Origin: Sedimentisphaerales bacterium
GTDB lineage: Bacteria > Planctomycetota > Phycisphaerae > Sedimentisphaerales > SM23-30
Length of the DNA: 64,000 bases
NCBI GenBank assembly: GCA_963666285.1
Contig: OY762711.1
Reading direction: 5' to 3' (one strand)
In this document: piece after piece, positions 51,586-60,940 of the stretch
Layout of the letters: every line of letters begins with the position of its first letter
Numbering within the stretch: the first letter of the stretch is position 1
Notes under the pieces: model-generated
Told to the model about the DNA's origin: nothing
The model's database searches: none
Seen by the model: only the letters and a program-made list of their open reading frames with translations
Made by a program: the position numbers and the translations under genes

Positions 51586-52149
51586 ATGTTTTTCAAAGAA
51601 TTTCTTAGATCACCTGGCAGTATCGGTGCCATAAAACCGAGCAGCAAATACCTGGCAGCAGAAATGGTTGCCCAGGCACGCATATCAGAAGCTGATACAA
51701 TATTTGAGCTTGGTGCCGGAACCGGTCCATTTACAGAGATGATAATCAAGACAAAAAAGGAAACAGCTGCTTTTGTCGCACTTGAGATAAATGAAAACCT
51801 GGTAAAGGTACTTAAGGAGAAGTTTCCTGATGTCGATATTATCGAGGATTCAGTTGAGAATTTACGAAATATTATGGCTGATAAAGGGATCGAAAAGATA
51901 GATTCGATCGTCTGCGGGCTGCCCTGGGCGGCGTTCAGTAAAGAACTGCAGGATAAACTGTTTAATGCAATTGTTGATTCACTTCAGCCGGGCGGTCGGT
52001 TCTGCACATTTGCCTACCTTCAAGGGCTGCTGCTGCCTGCCGGGCAGAGATTCCGTAAAACACTCAAGCAGAACTTCAGCAAAGTAAGCCAATCTCGTAC
52101 AGTATGGCGTAATACCCCACCGGCATTTATCTATAATTGCGTAAAATAG
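51586..52149 (+). CDS. Class I SAM methyltransferase (phospholipid N-methyltransferase PmtA-like)
   Basis: Motifs P..IGAIKPSSKYLA, ELGAGTGPFT, IVCGLPW, GGRFCTFAY and VWRNTPPA. Confidence 0.85.
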   Translation: MFFKEFLRSPGSIGAIKPSSKYLAAEMVAQARISEADTIFELGAGTGPFTEMIIKTKKETAAFVALEINENLVKVLKEKFPDVDIIEDSVENLRNIMADKGIEKIDSIVCGLPWAAFSKELQDKLFNAIVDSLQPGGRFCTFAYLQGLLLPAGQRFRKTLKQNFSKVSQSRTVWRNTPPAFIYNCVK

Positions 52150-52236
52150 CAAGGTAAATCCTTAACCAAGCTCTATTCAGTCAGTCTGGCCCAGGGTATG
52201 CAATGAAATCGAAAACATTATTTAATCTATAAACAA

Positions 52237-52875
52237 ATGGATAAGAGATTTATATTCCATAAACTTTGCATCATAAGTATTTTCAGCATTATACTTGCTT
52301 TTACCAACTTTATCTATAAAAGTGGCGCTGTTGGCGGTATAGATCCAGGATATTCAATGCAAGACGGTTATGATATATGGAATGGAGGATATGAAGTATG
52401 GGGCTGGCCAGGTTCCTTATACTTCACTGGCCACTTAAAACTAAACAATGAGATATCTGGTTGCCAAACTTTAATTTTGGTAGGACTAGACTCATTCTGG
52501 TTTAACAAAGACTGGATTATCGGTACCGCAAGAAGTAATGAACAAGGTAAAGGTTTTTTTGCAGTCAAAAAGGTGGATATTTCTAATCAAAACTTTTCAG
52601 ATTACAGTGAGGTTGAAGAATACCTTGAAAAGAAAGTATATTTTCCACTTGAGACAATCGATGATATATCAGCCATTGTCGGATTTGATGCAAATAAAAT
52701 AGTTTTATCAAAAGAAATGCCTCTTGAAAGAGGAGTTCACTACCCTTCAGTAAGGAAATTATATCTAAGAAAGTTAATTGTTATTTTTTCTTTAGGATTT
52801 TTCTCTTTAATCGGGCCACTTAATATCTTGAATTTCTTTTCTAAAGTGATTTTCAAAAACAAAAACAATAAATAG
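52237..52875 (+). CDS. Hypothetical membrane protein (AT-rich)
   Basis: 212 aa ORF with N- and C-terminal hydrophobic segments. Confidence 0.65.
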   Translation: MDKRFIFHKLCIISIFSIILAFTNFIYKSGAVGGIDPGYSMQDGYDIWNGGYEVWGWPGSLYFTGHLKLNNEISGCQTLILVGLDSFWFNKDWIIGTARSNEQGKGFFAVKKVDISNQNFSDYSEVEEYLEKKVYFPLETIDDISAIVGFDANKIVLSKEMPLERGVHYPSVRKLYLRKLIVIFSLGFFSLIGPLNILNFFSKVIFKNKNNK

Positions 52876-52882
52876 CAATTGA

Positions 52883-54034
52883 TTACATATTTTCCAATAT
52901 CCTAGCGATATCAAATTCGGTCATAGCTGCGGTAAGAGAAAAACGCAGTCTGGCGGTGTTGAATGGCACAGTTGGCGGTCGTATAGCAAATACAAGCAGT
53001 CCAGCTTCCTGAAATTTATCAGCCATATCAAGAGCAGCCTGATTTTCACCCACAATAAGAGGTACTACCTGGCTGCTGCCTGCAGTTATCAACCCTTTAT
53101 CAATGATACCCTGTCGAAGTTTACCGGCAATTAACTGCAAATGCTCCCTACGGCTGTTCATGGTAATAATCTTTTTCAGCATAAAATATGTCCAGCTGAC
53201 GTTTATCGGAGGCAAAGCAGTAGTAAAAATAAAAGAACGGGTCTTATTGATCAGATAATCCCTGGTAACCGGGTCCATGATCGCACAAGCACCAATCGAA
53301 CATAGCGATTTACCAAAAGTACATATGATAATATCGACATCAGCCATAACGCCCTGCTGCTGGGCTATGCCACAACCGGTTTCACCAAACAGGCCGAAGG
53401 CGTGAGCTTCGTCAACAATGAGAACCGCGTTATATTTTCTTTTAAGCTGCACAATCCGTCTCAAATCGGCGATATCGCCGTCCATGCTAAAGATAGATTC
53501 GGTGATTATGAAAATATTGCGATAGCGACCGGTGTTTTTGATAAGCATATCTTCGAGATGTTCATAGTCGGCATGTCGAAACCGTTTCAACTTGGCTTCT
53601 GACAGACCAGAACCATCAATAATACTGGCATGGTTGAGTTTATCGCTCAGGATAAGGTCGCCTTTGCCGGAGATAGCGGAAAGGATACCAATATTGGCAT
53701 GATAACCGCTGTTGAATACTAAAGCCGACCTGTTGCCAAAAAGTTCAGATAAAAGAGCTTCGAGCTTATCGTACTGGCTGTGGCTACCGGTAAGAAGCCG
53801 GGAAGATGCGGCGGCCAGGCTGAATTTTGAAGAATCGGTTTTCAGATCGCTGAAGAATTCCTCCTGCAGGTCAGGGTTATTTGCCAGTCCCAGGTAATCA
53901 TTCGAGGACAGGTTCAACATTTTCCGGTCATTATAGCAGGCGTTACCATCCGGATCAGAGGTAATCGCTTTAAGGTTTCGGTATTGGCTCTTTTCTTTTA
54001 GTGCGTCAAGCTGTTTTTGCAGAAACTCTTTCAA
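52883..54034 (-). CDS. bioF: 8-amino-7-oxononanoate synthase
   Basis: Motifs NLSSNDYLGL, SSRLLTG, FNSGYHANIG, DKLNHASIIDG, SMDGD, DEAH, TFGK and IRPPTVP. Confidence 0.95.
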   Translation of the reverse strand: MKEFLQKQLDALKEKSQYRNLKAITSDPDGNACYNDRKMLNLSSNDYLGLANNPDLQEEFFSDLKTDSSKFSLAAASSRLLTGSHSQYDKLEALLSELFGNRSALVFNSGYHANIGILSAISGKGDLILSDKLNHASIIDGSGLSEAKLKRFRHADYEHLEDMLIKNTGRYRNIFIITESIFSMDGDIADLRRIVQLKRKYNAVLIVDEAHAFGLFGETGCGIAQQQGVMADVDIIICTFGKSLCSIGACAIMDPVTRDYLINKTRSFIFTTALPPINVSWTYFMLKKIITMNSRREHLQLIAGKLRQGIIDKGLITAGSSQVVPLIVGENQAALDMADKFQEAGLLVFAIRPPTVPFNTARLRFSLTAAMTEFDIARILENM

Positions 54035-54093
54035 AATATCTCCGTGGCAAGTGAGGGTAAACTGTGTTTATGTCTTATACCCAAATATATCGG

Positions 54094-55056
54094 CTATTCT
54101 ATGGAATAACCTAAGTTGTTAATCATTAGTATATCAGTTTCCGGTGTCTGGCCGGAAGTCGTCAGGTAGTTGCCGGTCATAAGAGCATTAGCCCCGGCTT
54201 CAAACATTTCGCCCTGCCGGTCGCCGAGAACGGTAATACGTCCACCGCAGATACGGATAGTCCTGTCAGGAAGTATAAGGCGATAGATCGCAATGATCTT
54301 TAAGGCATCGTCCGGACTGAGCAGTTTATTATTTTCCAGCGGTGTGCCTGGATGAGGATACAGGAAATTGATCGGGACACTATCGATACCCAGCAAAGCA
54401 ATAGATAATGCCAGTTCGATACGGTCAGCCCAGCTTTCACCGAGTCCGAACAGCCCGCCGCAGCAGACTTTCATTCCTTTTGCAAGTGCCGCTTTGACGG
54501 TATCGAGTCGGTCAGACCAGCTCTGAGTTGAGCATATATCCGGGTAGAAGGCTTGCGAGGTCTCAAGGTTATGGTGCAGACGATTAACACCTGCTCCTTT
54601 GAGTTTATCGATATCGGAATCGGACAGCCTGCCAAAAGAAGCGCAAATATCAAAATGAACATTTGGCCGGACAGAATTGACAGATTCGATGAATTTATCG
54701 ATATCATCTGAGGATAATTTACCGCCGCTGGTAACTATGCCGCAGTTGTTGACATTATAGCAGTCGTTCAGTTTGAGCTCGCTGGTCAGTTTATCAGTTT
54801 CAAGAAAGGGATACACCGGGGCGTCTGCCTTGTTGTGTGCACTTTGGCTGCAGAACCTGCAATCCATATCGCAAACTCCTGATTTAGCATTGATTATGCT
54901 GCATAGTTTGATTTTTTTGGCAAAGAAATGTTCTCTAACGGCATTTGCAGCGTTTTTTAGCTCTGCTGTGGAGCAGTTTAGTACTAAATCCAGAGCAGAT
55001 TCTCTATCGCAGCCGATGCCGGAGATGGCCTCTTTCGTAATATCGTCTAATGTCAT
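54094..55056 (-). CDS. bioB: Biotin synthase
   Basis: Radical SAM motif NAKSGVCDMDCRFCSQS; HHNLETS, CCGGLFGLGE, SVPINFL, GGR and GNYLTT. Confidence 0.95.
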   Translation of the reverse strand: MTLDDITKEAISGIGCDRESALDLVLNCSTAELKNAANAVREHFFAKKIKLCSIINAKSGVCDMDCRFCSQSAHNKADAPVYPFLETDKLTSELKLNDCYNVNNCGIVTSGGKLSSDDIDKFIESVNSVRPNVHFDICASFGRLSDSDIDKLKGAGVNRLHHNLETSQAFYPDICSTQSWSDRLDTVKAALAKGMKVCCGGLFGLGESWADRIELALSIALLGIDSVPINFLYPHPGTPLENNKLLSPDDALKIIAIYRLILPDRTIRICGGRITVLGDRQGEMFEAGANALMTGNYLTTSGQTPETDILMINNLGYSIE

Positions 55057-55091
55057 AGGGGGTATTTTACTGTATAAGCCCCGTCATGCAA
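55057..55091 (-). promoter_or_regulatory. Candidate sigma-70 promoter of bioB-bioF (leaderless arrangement)
   Basis: Minus strand TTGCAT-16 nt-TAAAAT-ACCCCCT-ATG; no Shine-Dalgarno. Confidence 0.5.
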
Positions 55092-55092
55092 T

Positions 55093-55128
55093 AAAAAAAG
55101 CACTCATGGAATTACCGGGAGTGCTTAT
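55093..55128 (-). terminator. Intrinsic terminator downstream of the PEP-CTERM gene
   Basis: Stem AAGCACTC...GAGTGCTT with a T-run on the minus strand. Confidence 0.6.
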
Positions 55129-55250
55129 TGTTGTTGAGCTAAACTATTTTAGACATAGTAGCGATAATCAACAACCAGGTACCAGTTTTCTGAATTAATA
55201 CAAAAGTAATCCAATAATCTCTTGAACATAAATATCTCCGTTTCAATATA

Positions 55251-55940
55251 TTAGCAAGTCTTGTTTCTTTTTCGTAATATTACCAGTGAACCGGCAGCGA
55301 CCAGTGCAAAAGTAGCAGGTTCCGGTACGGCAGTCTTTGAGCCGGGTGACATATCAGAAATTGACAGGAACTTAAACTGAGCCTCTGAAGAGGACCATGT
55401 TCGTAAACCGATCGAAGAACCGACCAGGTTCATATTGCCTGTATAGTTCATCACTTCGACACCATCCTGCAATGCGGAAAAACCGGTTGAGCTGATGGTC
55501 AAAGAAAAGGTATGATCGGTATTGTAGTCCAGATCGGAACGTACCCACTTGAGGGTTGATTCTTTATCGTTATCCCATTTGCGAAGCACAAATGCGTTGC
55601 CGGCACCCGGGTCGTACTGGAAGGCCATGCCTGACACTTTATTGGTATTATCGGCCAGTTCGGAGCCGAAGTACAGGCCCCAGCCTTTGCCGGTTAACAG
55701 GTTACCGGTAAATTCAATTGTGTAAGAATCGGAACTTATATCGATGTCAGTAAAGATACGGTTTTCGCCACTTTTACTGTTGGAAATACCGTCTGAACTG
55801 TAATCCCATTTGCCCTTTGTAATATTCCAGCTATCGGCATTTGTGCCGTCAAATGAATCCTGATAGATCAGGCCGCCAAGTGCAAACTGGGTAATAGTTA
55901 ACAACATAGCTAATAACAACAAAGATTTAGATTTGGTCAA
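55251..55940 (-). CDS. PEP-CTERM protein with a concanavalin/DUF1080-like domain
   Basis: TTG start after GAGG; signal peptide; GWGLYF, IGLRTW; C-terminus VPEPATFALVAAGSLVILRKR. Confidence 0.88.
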   Translation of the reverse strand: MTKSKSLLLLAMLLTITQFALGGLIYQDSFDGTNADSWNITKGKWDYSSDGISNSKSGENRIFTDIDISSDSYTIEFTGNLLTGKGWGLYFGSELADNTNKVSGMAFQYDPGAGNAFVLRKWDNDKESTLKWVRSDLDYNTDHTFSLTISSTGFSALQDGVEVMNYTGNMNLVGSSIGLRTWSSSEAQFKFLSISDMSPGSKTAVPEPATFALVAAGSLVILRKRNKTC

Positions 55941-56122
55941 TATAAATTATCCTCTCTATTAAGAACCGTTCCTCTCACTCATATACAGGCGTATAAACGC
56001 TTAACGTTGATTAAGCATCCAATTTAAACGGGTTAAAGTCAAATATCGCAAGATGATAGCGGACAGATGAAAGGTGAAACCATCCTCATAATCGTTATAA
56101 CCGTTATTGTCAGAGCAGGCAT

Positions 56123-57124
56123 AGCCTGGAACAGACCTTGCTTTGCTCGGCGACGAATTGAGATTGTCAATTCTAAAGGGCAAATCAGAATGATTTGCCG
56201 AGGCGTGATATAAATATTCAATTGTCAAAGAATAATTTCTTATGGTTAAGACGAGTTTTCGTCGTTGTTATGTTTTAGAGAGAGCTGATTTTTGTTGGTT
56301 CTCATTTTTTGTCGGCTCTCTACAATTGGATGGTATGTCGAAAGTGCGCTGATTTTTTTGGTGGGATGGTTGGCCCGGAAGATTGTAAGGTGTTGGGGAT
56401 AAGCGGGATAAAAAAATTGAAGATTTTAGATTTTCGCGATTTGGTGGTTGTAAAAACGCGGTGATTTTTTCTTTGAAAAAATCAAGTGAAGAATTGCGGT
56501 GTCGCTTCGCGACGGGTAATTGATGGGTGACGGAGGGAGTACGGCATATATACGGGGCAGCGCGGCGGGTGAACGGCGGTGAAAAGGCAAATGGATTTGA
56601 ACGGCGGTGAATTGCGGGCCGCGGACAGTATACGGCGGGACGTTGAATGGGTGCGGCGGTATACGGACGGGGGCGAAGCGGAGACGGGAAGGCAGGTAAA
56701 AAGTAAGAGGTAAGAGGTAAGAGTTGATGTGTCCGCTTCGCGGACAGCTTGTTTTAAACGGCTACGCCGAGCGACGGAAGGTCGCTGGAAAGTTGACAGG
56801 AGAGCAGCTAAAAAGCAAAGAGCTATCAGCGGTGAGTTACGCTAAGTGAAAAATGAATAATGAAAAGTTAAGGTGTCCGCTTCGCGGACGGCATATTTAA
56901 AATGGTGGTGCCGAATGTGCCGAGCTCCGCCTGAGGCGTATTTCATTCTGCCCGGCGTTTGCAGAGGTGAAGGAGGGATTAAAAAACGGAATGAAATTGA
57001 AGGGTGCGGGGATGTTATAACGAGTGCGAGGTGGGGTTAGGAAAGAGGTGCGGCGGGCAGGGAATTTTGCGGGAGTAGTTGTAAGTTGTTGTTTTTGGGT
57101 GTTGGGCGGACCAGACAGGTGCCG
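56123..57124. repeat. Long non-coding duplicated element, copy 2 (inverted relative to 22772-23888)
   Basis: Same three blocks in the same order on the minus strand, with different repeat mosaics between them. Confidence 0.85.
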
Positions 57125-57308
57125 TGAAACGGCACCTGAAGTCTGAAGTTTGAAGTCTGAATTCTGAAAAAGATGTCAACCACGAAAATACAATGAAAGC
57201 CAGAATATTCCTGTAGCATGGCTTGTGTTATAATACACAATAATTTTAGCACGAGCTGTCACAGGGACGCTCAAATATTTAACCAATTTTATACGGAGTA
57301 TTCTGGCT

Positions 57309-58355
57309 ATGAAGACTATTATGTCAATTGATTTAGGAAAATTCAAGAGTGTAGTTTGTTTTTATGAGGTAAAAAGCTGTAAGGCTATATATAAGTCGTT
57401 TAAGACTAACCCTCAAGAGCTTCATGACCTGGCAGTATCTCACCCTGCTGATCTTATTGTATTTGAGGCTTGTGATATCATAGGCTGGATTTGTGACCTT
57501 TTTGACACCCTGGAATTAAAATATGAAGTGGCAAATACTAATACCGGCGAATGGTCTGGCAGAAAATTGAAGAAGAAAACAGATAAAAAGGATGCATTTT
57601 GGCTGGCCAAGCGTGCTGCTTTAGGAGATTTATCAACTGTCTATGTTCCTAAAAAGGAAATTCGAGAGAAACGATCTTTAATTAATTATCGCCAGAGCCT
57701 TACAGAACGGATAACTCAGGTAAAAAATACTATTCGTTCTTTATTAAATGCCCAGGCGTATTCGTTGCCGTCAGGCAGAAAGTGCTGGTCTAAGCAGAAT
57801 CTGGAACAGTTAAGAAGTATGGCTATGCCAATGGATAAAGTTAAACCAGATGAGCTCTGGAAAGGCAATCTATGGAGCGAGCTTATATTACTGGAACAAT
57901 TAACAGACGCTTTGCAAGTAGTTGAAGATAAACTGGAAGAGTTAAATAGTACTGATGAAAAGGTAAAACTATTACAGACTGTTCCCGGAGTTGGCCCACG
58001 TCTGGCAGAGGCAGTTGCAGCTTATATTGATGATCCACATAGATTTAAGAATTGCAAACAAGTTGGCAGCTATATTGGTATGACACCGCGTCAGTACCAA
58101 TCAGGTAATACAGACCGTCATGGGCGGATAAGTAAATATGGCAATAGGTTATTGCGAGCATTACTTGTTGAGGTTTGCTGGCTGGGTTTGCGTTGGAATC
58201 CATGGATAAAAGAAACATACGAAAGAATAAAGAGGGGAAGTAAAACTCGTGCAAAAATAGCGATAGTAGCTACAGCCCGACGGTTGTTTGTGCGATTGTG
58301 GGCGATGATGCGAGATGGGACGAGCTGGAAGATGCCTGAATTGCAAGGTGCTTGA
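57309..58355 (+). CDS. IS110-family DEDD transposase/recombinase
   Basis: Motifs SIDLGK, VFEA, KTDKKDA, LQTVPGVGP, RFKNCKQVGSYIGMTPRQYQSG, ISKYGNRLLR and AIVATARRL. Confidence 0.96.
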   Translation: MKTIMSIDLGKFKSVVCFYEVKSCKAIYKSFKTNPQELHDLAVSHPADLIVFEACDIIGWICDLFDTLELKYEVANTNTGEWSGRKLKKKTDKKDAFWLAKRAALGDLSTVYVPKKEIREKRSLINYRQSLTERITQVKNTIRSLLNAQAYSLPSGRKCWSKQNLEQLRSMAMPMDKVKPDELWKGNLWSELILLEQLTDALQVVEDKLEELNSTDEKVKLLQTVPGVGPRLAEAVAAYIDDPHRFKNCKQVGSYIGMTPRQYQSGNTDRHGRISKYGNRLLRALLVEVCWLGLRWNPWIKETYERIKRGSKTRAKIAIVATARRLFVRLWAMMRDGTSWKMPELQGA

Positions 58356-58380
58356 TAAAAATATAAGTAGAAAAATATAA

Positions 58381-58550
58381 ATATTACCTATGATTTTTCC
58401 CGATTGAAATCGATACGGAACCTTGGTCGTGCATTTGGGTTTTGAACCTGACACGAAAATTAAGCCGTATCGCAATATATATAATGGAACCATGGCGTAA
58501 AATACAGCCTCGGACACTCCGGATAGAAAGATGAAACAATCAGGTAAATA
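58381..58550 (+). ncRNA. Candidate bridge/seek RNA of the IS1111-type element
   Basis: Stem CGATACGG/CCGTATCG encloses an internal loop with TCGTGCATTT (reverse complement of the right target half, 9/10) and CACGAAAATT (left target half plus junction, 10/10). Boundaries are approximate. Confidence 0.7.
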
Positions 58551-58994
58551 ATGATTCGCTACGCGAAAATTGTTTTAAATAGGTTTATCGCATAAGGTCA
58601 AAAAGCAAAAAACGAGGCGGTGTAAAACCGCCCCGGCTTCTTGACAACTTGCAACGCTCGGGTTGCTCCTCAGCAGAGCCCTATCCTTTGCAAGATAAAG
58701 GAATTATAGCAAAAATGAATAAAATTAGAAAATTAATGTTGCATTCAGGCTTCATAGAAATTCACGAAAGAACACGAAAAAAATACTGTTGTTCGCAGAA
58801 GCCGCAAAGATCGCAAAGAATATTATTTGACCATGAAGGGAATGCTTTAAATTTAAAATTAAAAATTGAGAATTAAGAATTAAAAAGAACTGAAAAATAC
58901 AAGACTGTGATAAGTGCCAATGATTATAAGGTGGCTAGCTTCAGTCTTCGCCAAAGCTATGGTTCGACAAGAGCGTACGTGATTAATAATTTTG

Positions 58995-59116
58995 AACCAC
59001 TGATGCACGCGGATGGACACCGATAAGAAAATGTTTAGATAACTTGACGGTAAATTTTACAACCACGAAAATTCACGAAAGAACACGAAAAAAATACTGT
59101 TGCTCGCAGAGGCCGC
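58995..59116. repeat. 10-bp-period short repeats (AACCACTGATGCACGCGGATGGACACCGAT; AACCACGAAAATTCACGAAAGAACACGAAA)
   Basis: Visible directly. A related CACAGAT-type triplet is at 60041-60070. 59061-59116 is the uninterrupted version of the IS target. Confidence 0.8.
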
Positions 59117-59271
59117 TGTGCGGCAAGTGAAGAACTAAAAGTGAATAGTGAAGAATTGCGGTGTCCTGCACCGTACGGTACAGGACCTTGTTTTAAACGG
59201 CTTCGCCTATCGTCCCTACAGGGTTCTTCATCTTGGAACTCCAAGAGCCAAATAGGGTTGGTTGGAAATGG
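59112..59271. repeat. ~160-bp cassette-associated direct repeat, copy 1
   Basis: Highly similar to 60141-60301, including the identical core GGTGTCCTGCACCGTACGGTACAGGACCTTGTTTTAAACGGCTTCGCCTATC. Confidence 0.9.
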
Positions 59272-59287
59272 ATTAAGACAGTAAGAG

Positions 59288-59890
59288 TCAAAGATATTCA
59301 GAAATATCAAAACTGTCTTTTGAATTAGCAATTAAATGATGATTATCATTGCCTAACATAACTGCAATAATGATATCATCGATAAGAATAATTCTCATTT
59401 GATTGTCATAAATATCTAAAATTGCCCGTTCTCTTATCGTATTTAATCGATTATTATCAATATCTAATTCTTGAAGATTGTTAAAGGTACCCATTGCAAG
59501 ATTGTATAGCATCATAAAAAGAGAAAAAGTAGAAAATACCAAATCTTCATTGTGCCATTCAATTGGTTCACTACTAGTTGCAATTTGGACAATTGGGTCA
59601 TCTTCTTTAAGCCGTGCAATCTCAACACCCCATAAAACAACTCCTTGGTTTTCTTCGGCAAATACTAACCTATCATTTTCTATATACCATTCTTCAGGAG
59701 ACAATATCTTATTAAAAGACTCTGTGCATTCAAAAGTGTTTGCATATTTTCTATAAAAATCTTTAATAGATATTGGTAAATTCACATTAAGACTTTTAGA
59801 ATATTTATCAATAACCTGTGCCTTATAGCCTTCAGTTAAAGAAATTCCAACTTTATTAAGTATATGCCCGTGTTCCATTATTTTTTCCAT
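59288..59890 (-). CDS. SMI1/KNR4-like immunity protein
   Basis: LNVNLPISIKDFY...ILSPEE...LVFAEENQGVVLWGV...DDPIV...W pattern; AT-rich. Confidence 0.7.
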   Translation of the reverse strand: MEKIMEHGHILNKVGISLTEGYKAQVIDKYSKSLNVNLPISIKDFYRKYANTFECTESFNKILSPEEWYIENDRLVFAEENQGVVLWGVEIARLKEDDPIVQIATSSEPIEWHNEDLVFSTFSLFMMLYNLAMGTFNNLQELDIDNNRLNTIRERAILDIYDNQMRIILIDDIIIAVMLGNDNHHLIANSKDSFDISEYL

Positions 59891-60140
59891 AAGGTTATAA
59901 ACTATTGATAGATGTCTCTTGGATGAGACCAGACCTTGTCTGGACTAGACCTCGCTCCGCTCGGAGATTAATTGCAACTGTTAGATAAATGAGCCTCGCA
60001 TACTGCTCGGCAAAAAGTCTATCTGATAATAATAAAATAGAACCACAGATGAACACCGATGCACACAGATATAATAGGAAATAATAAGTTTTCAAGGCTC
60101 CAAGGAATTATTTTTATCAGGCTCCCCCCATACCCCTAAT

Positions 60141-60301
60141 GCCGCTAAGCGACAAGTGAAGAACAAAGAACTAAGAGTGAAGAATTGTGGTGTCCTGCAC
60201 CGTACGGTACAGGACCTTGTTTTAAACGGCTTCGCCTATCACCCTAACGGGTTCTTCATCCTGGGACTCCAAGAGCCAAATAAGGTTGGTTGGGGAGATG
60301 G
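60141..60301. repeat. ~160-bp cassette-associated direct repeat, copy 2
   Basis: See 59112-59271; lies ~30 nt past the stop of 60332-60913. Confidence 0.9.
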
Positions 60302-60331
60302 CTTCATTATTTATATAATAATCAACAATAA

Positions 60332-60913
60332 CTACCCAATTAACAAGTAAATATTTTCTGAGTTAACAGACTCAAGATAGTCTTTTATATTTATAAGTAT
60401 TTTCTTTAAATCAGTAGGCTTCCTACTTTTCTTTATCAGAACATCACCTATCGGACAATCAGCATCTGTCTTAATAACATCCTGCATTGAAACATCAATT
60501 GGTTTATCTACTTTTATTTTCCCATCATTGTCAACCCACTTTCTTCTCATTTCACACTTCCCCAATTCAACCATTAGTGAATACTCATAACCATCAATCT
60601 TAAGCCCTGAAACCATCCATCCACCTTCCTCATAATTACCACTTCCAGAAGGCTCTTGAATATATATTTTATATGTAATAGGCAAAATATTATTACTTTC
60701 AATTTCTGTAAGCAATTTAACAACAGAACTTATCATATCATTTTGATTTCGAAATAACTTCTTGCCAAAGTCATCTACTCCAAACAAAAGATTAACTTCA
60801 TTTTCGTATCCGTTTTCAGAAAGATATTTCAATACATCAATTATATTCGGCGTTAACTGTTGCTTAAACTCACATTCACCACTATTAGTTGATAATACAA
60901 TATCTAGTCCCAT
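60332..60913 (-). CDS. Hypothetical protein, probable cognate immunity protein
   Basis: RBS AAGGTG; starts 28 nt after the stop of the RHS-CT ORF; acidic and AT-rich. Function is inferred from position only. Confidence 0.65.
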   Translation of the reverse strand: MGLDIVLSTNSGECEFKQQLTPNIIDVLKYLSENGYENEVNLLFGVDDFGKKLFRNQNDMISSVVKLLTEIESNNILPITYKIYIQEPSGSGNYEEGGWMVSGLKIDGYEYSLMVELGKCEMRRKWVDNDGKIKVDKPIDVSMQDVIKTDADCPIGDVLIKKSRKPTDLKKILINIKDYLESVNSENIYLLIG

Positions 60914-60940
60914 TGAATATTCACCTTATTAAAGATTTAA

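Larger units (their letters stand above)
57188..58759 (+). mobile_element. IS110-family insertion sequence, IS1111-type (sub-terminal inverted repeats, long 3' non-coding region), ~1.57 kb
   Basis: Flanks AACCACGAAA|..|AATTCACGAAAGAACACGAAAAAAATACTGTTG rejoin to the intact repeat at 59061. Imperfect IRs: ATGAAAGCCAGAAT (57193-57206) and ATTCAGGCTTCAT (58743-58755). Ends are ambiguous by 1-3 nt within the A-run. Confidence 0.88.

Noticed and set aside
58499..58506. AAAATACA as the right donor guide of the bridge RNA
   Set aside because: It matches the IS left end in the same sense, not as a reverse complement, and is AT-rich, so it may be chance.
59035..60350. ORFs 59035-59331, 60156-60350 and 58649-58876
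   Set aside because: They run through repeats or IS non-coding DNA and have no protein-like features.
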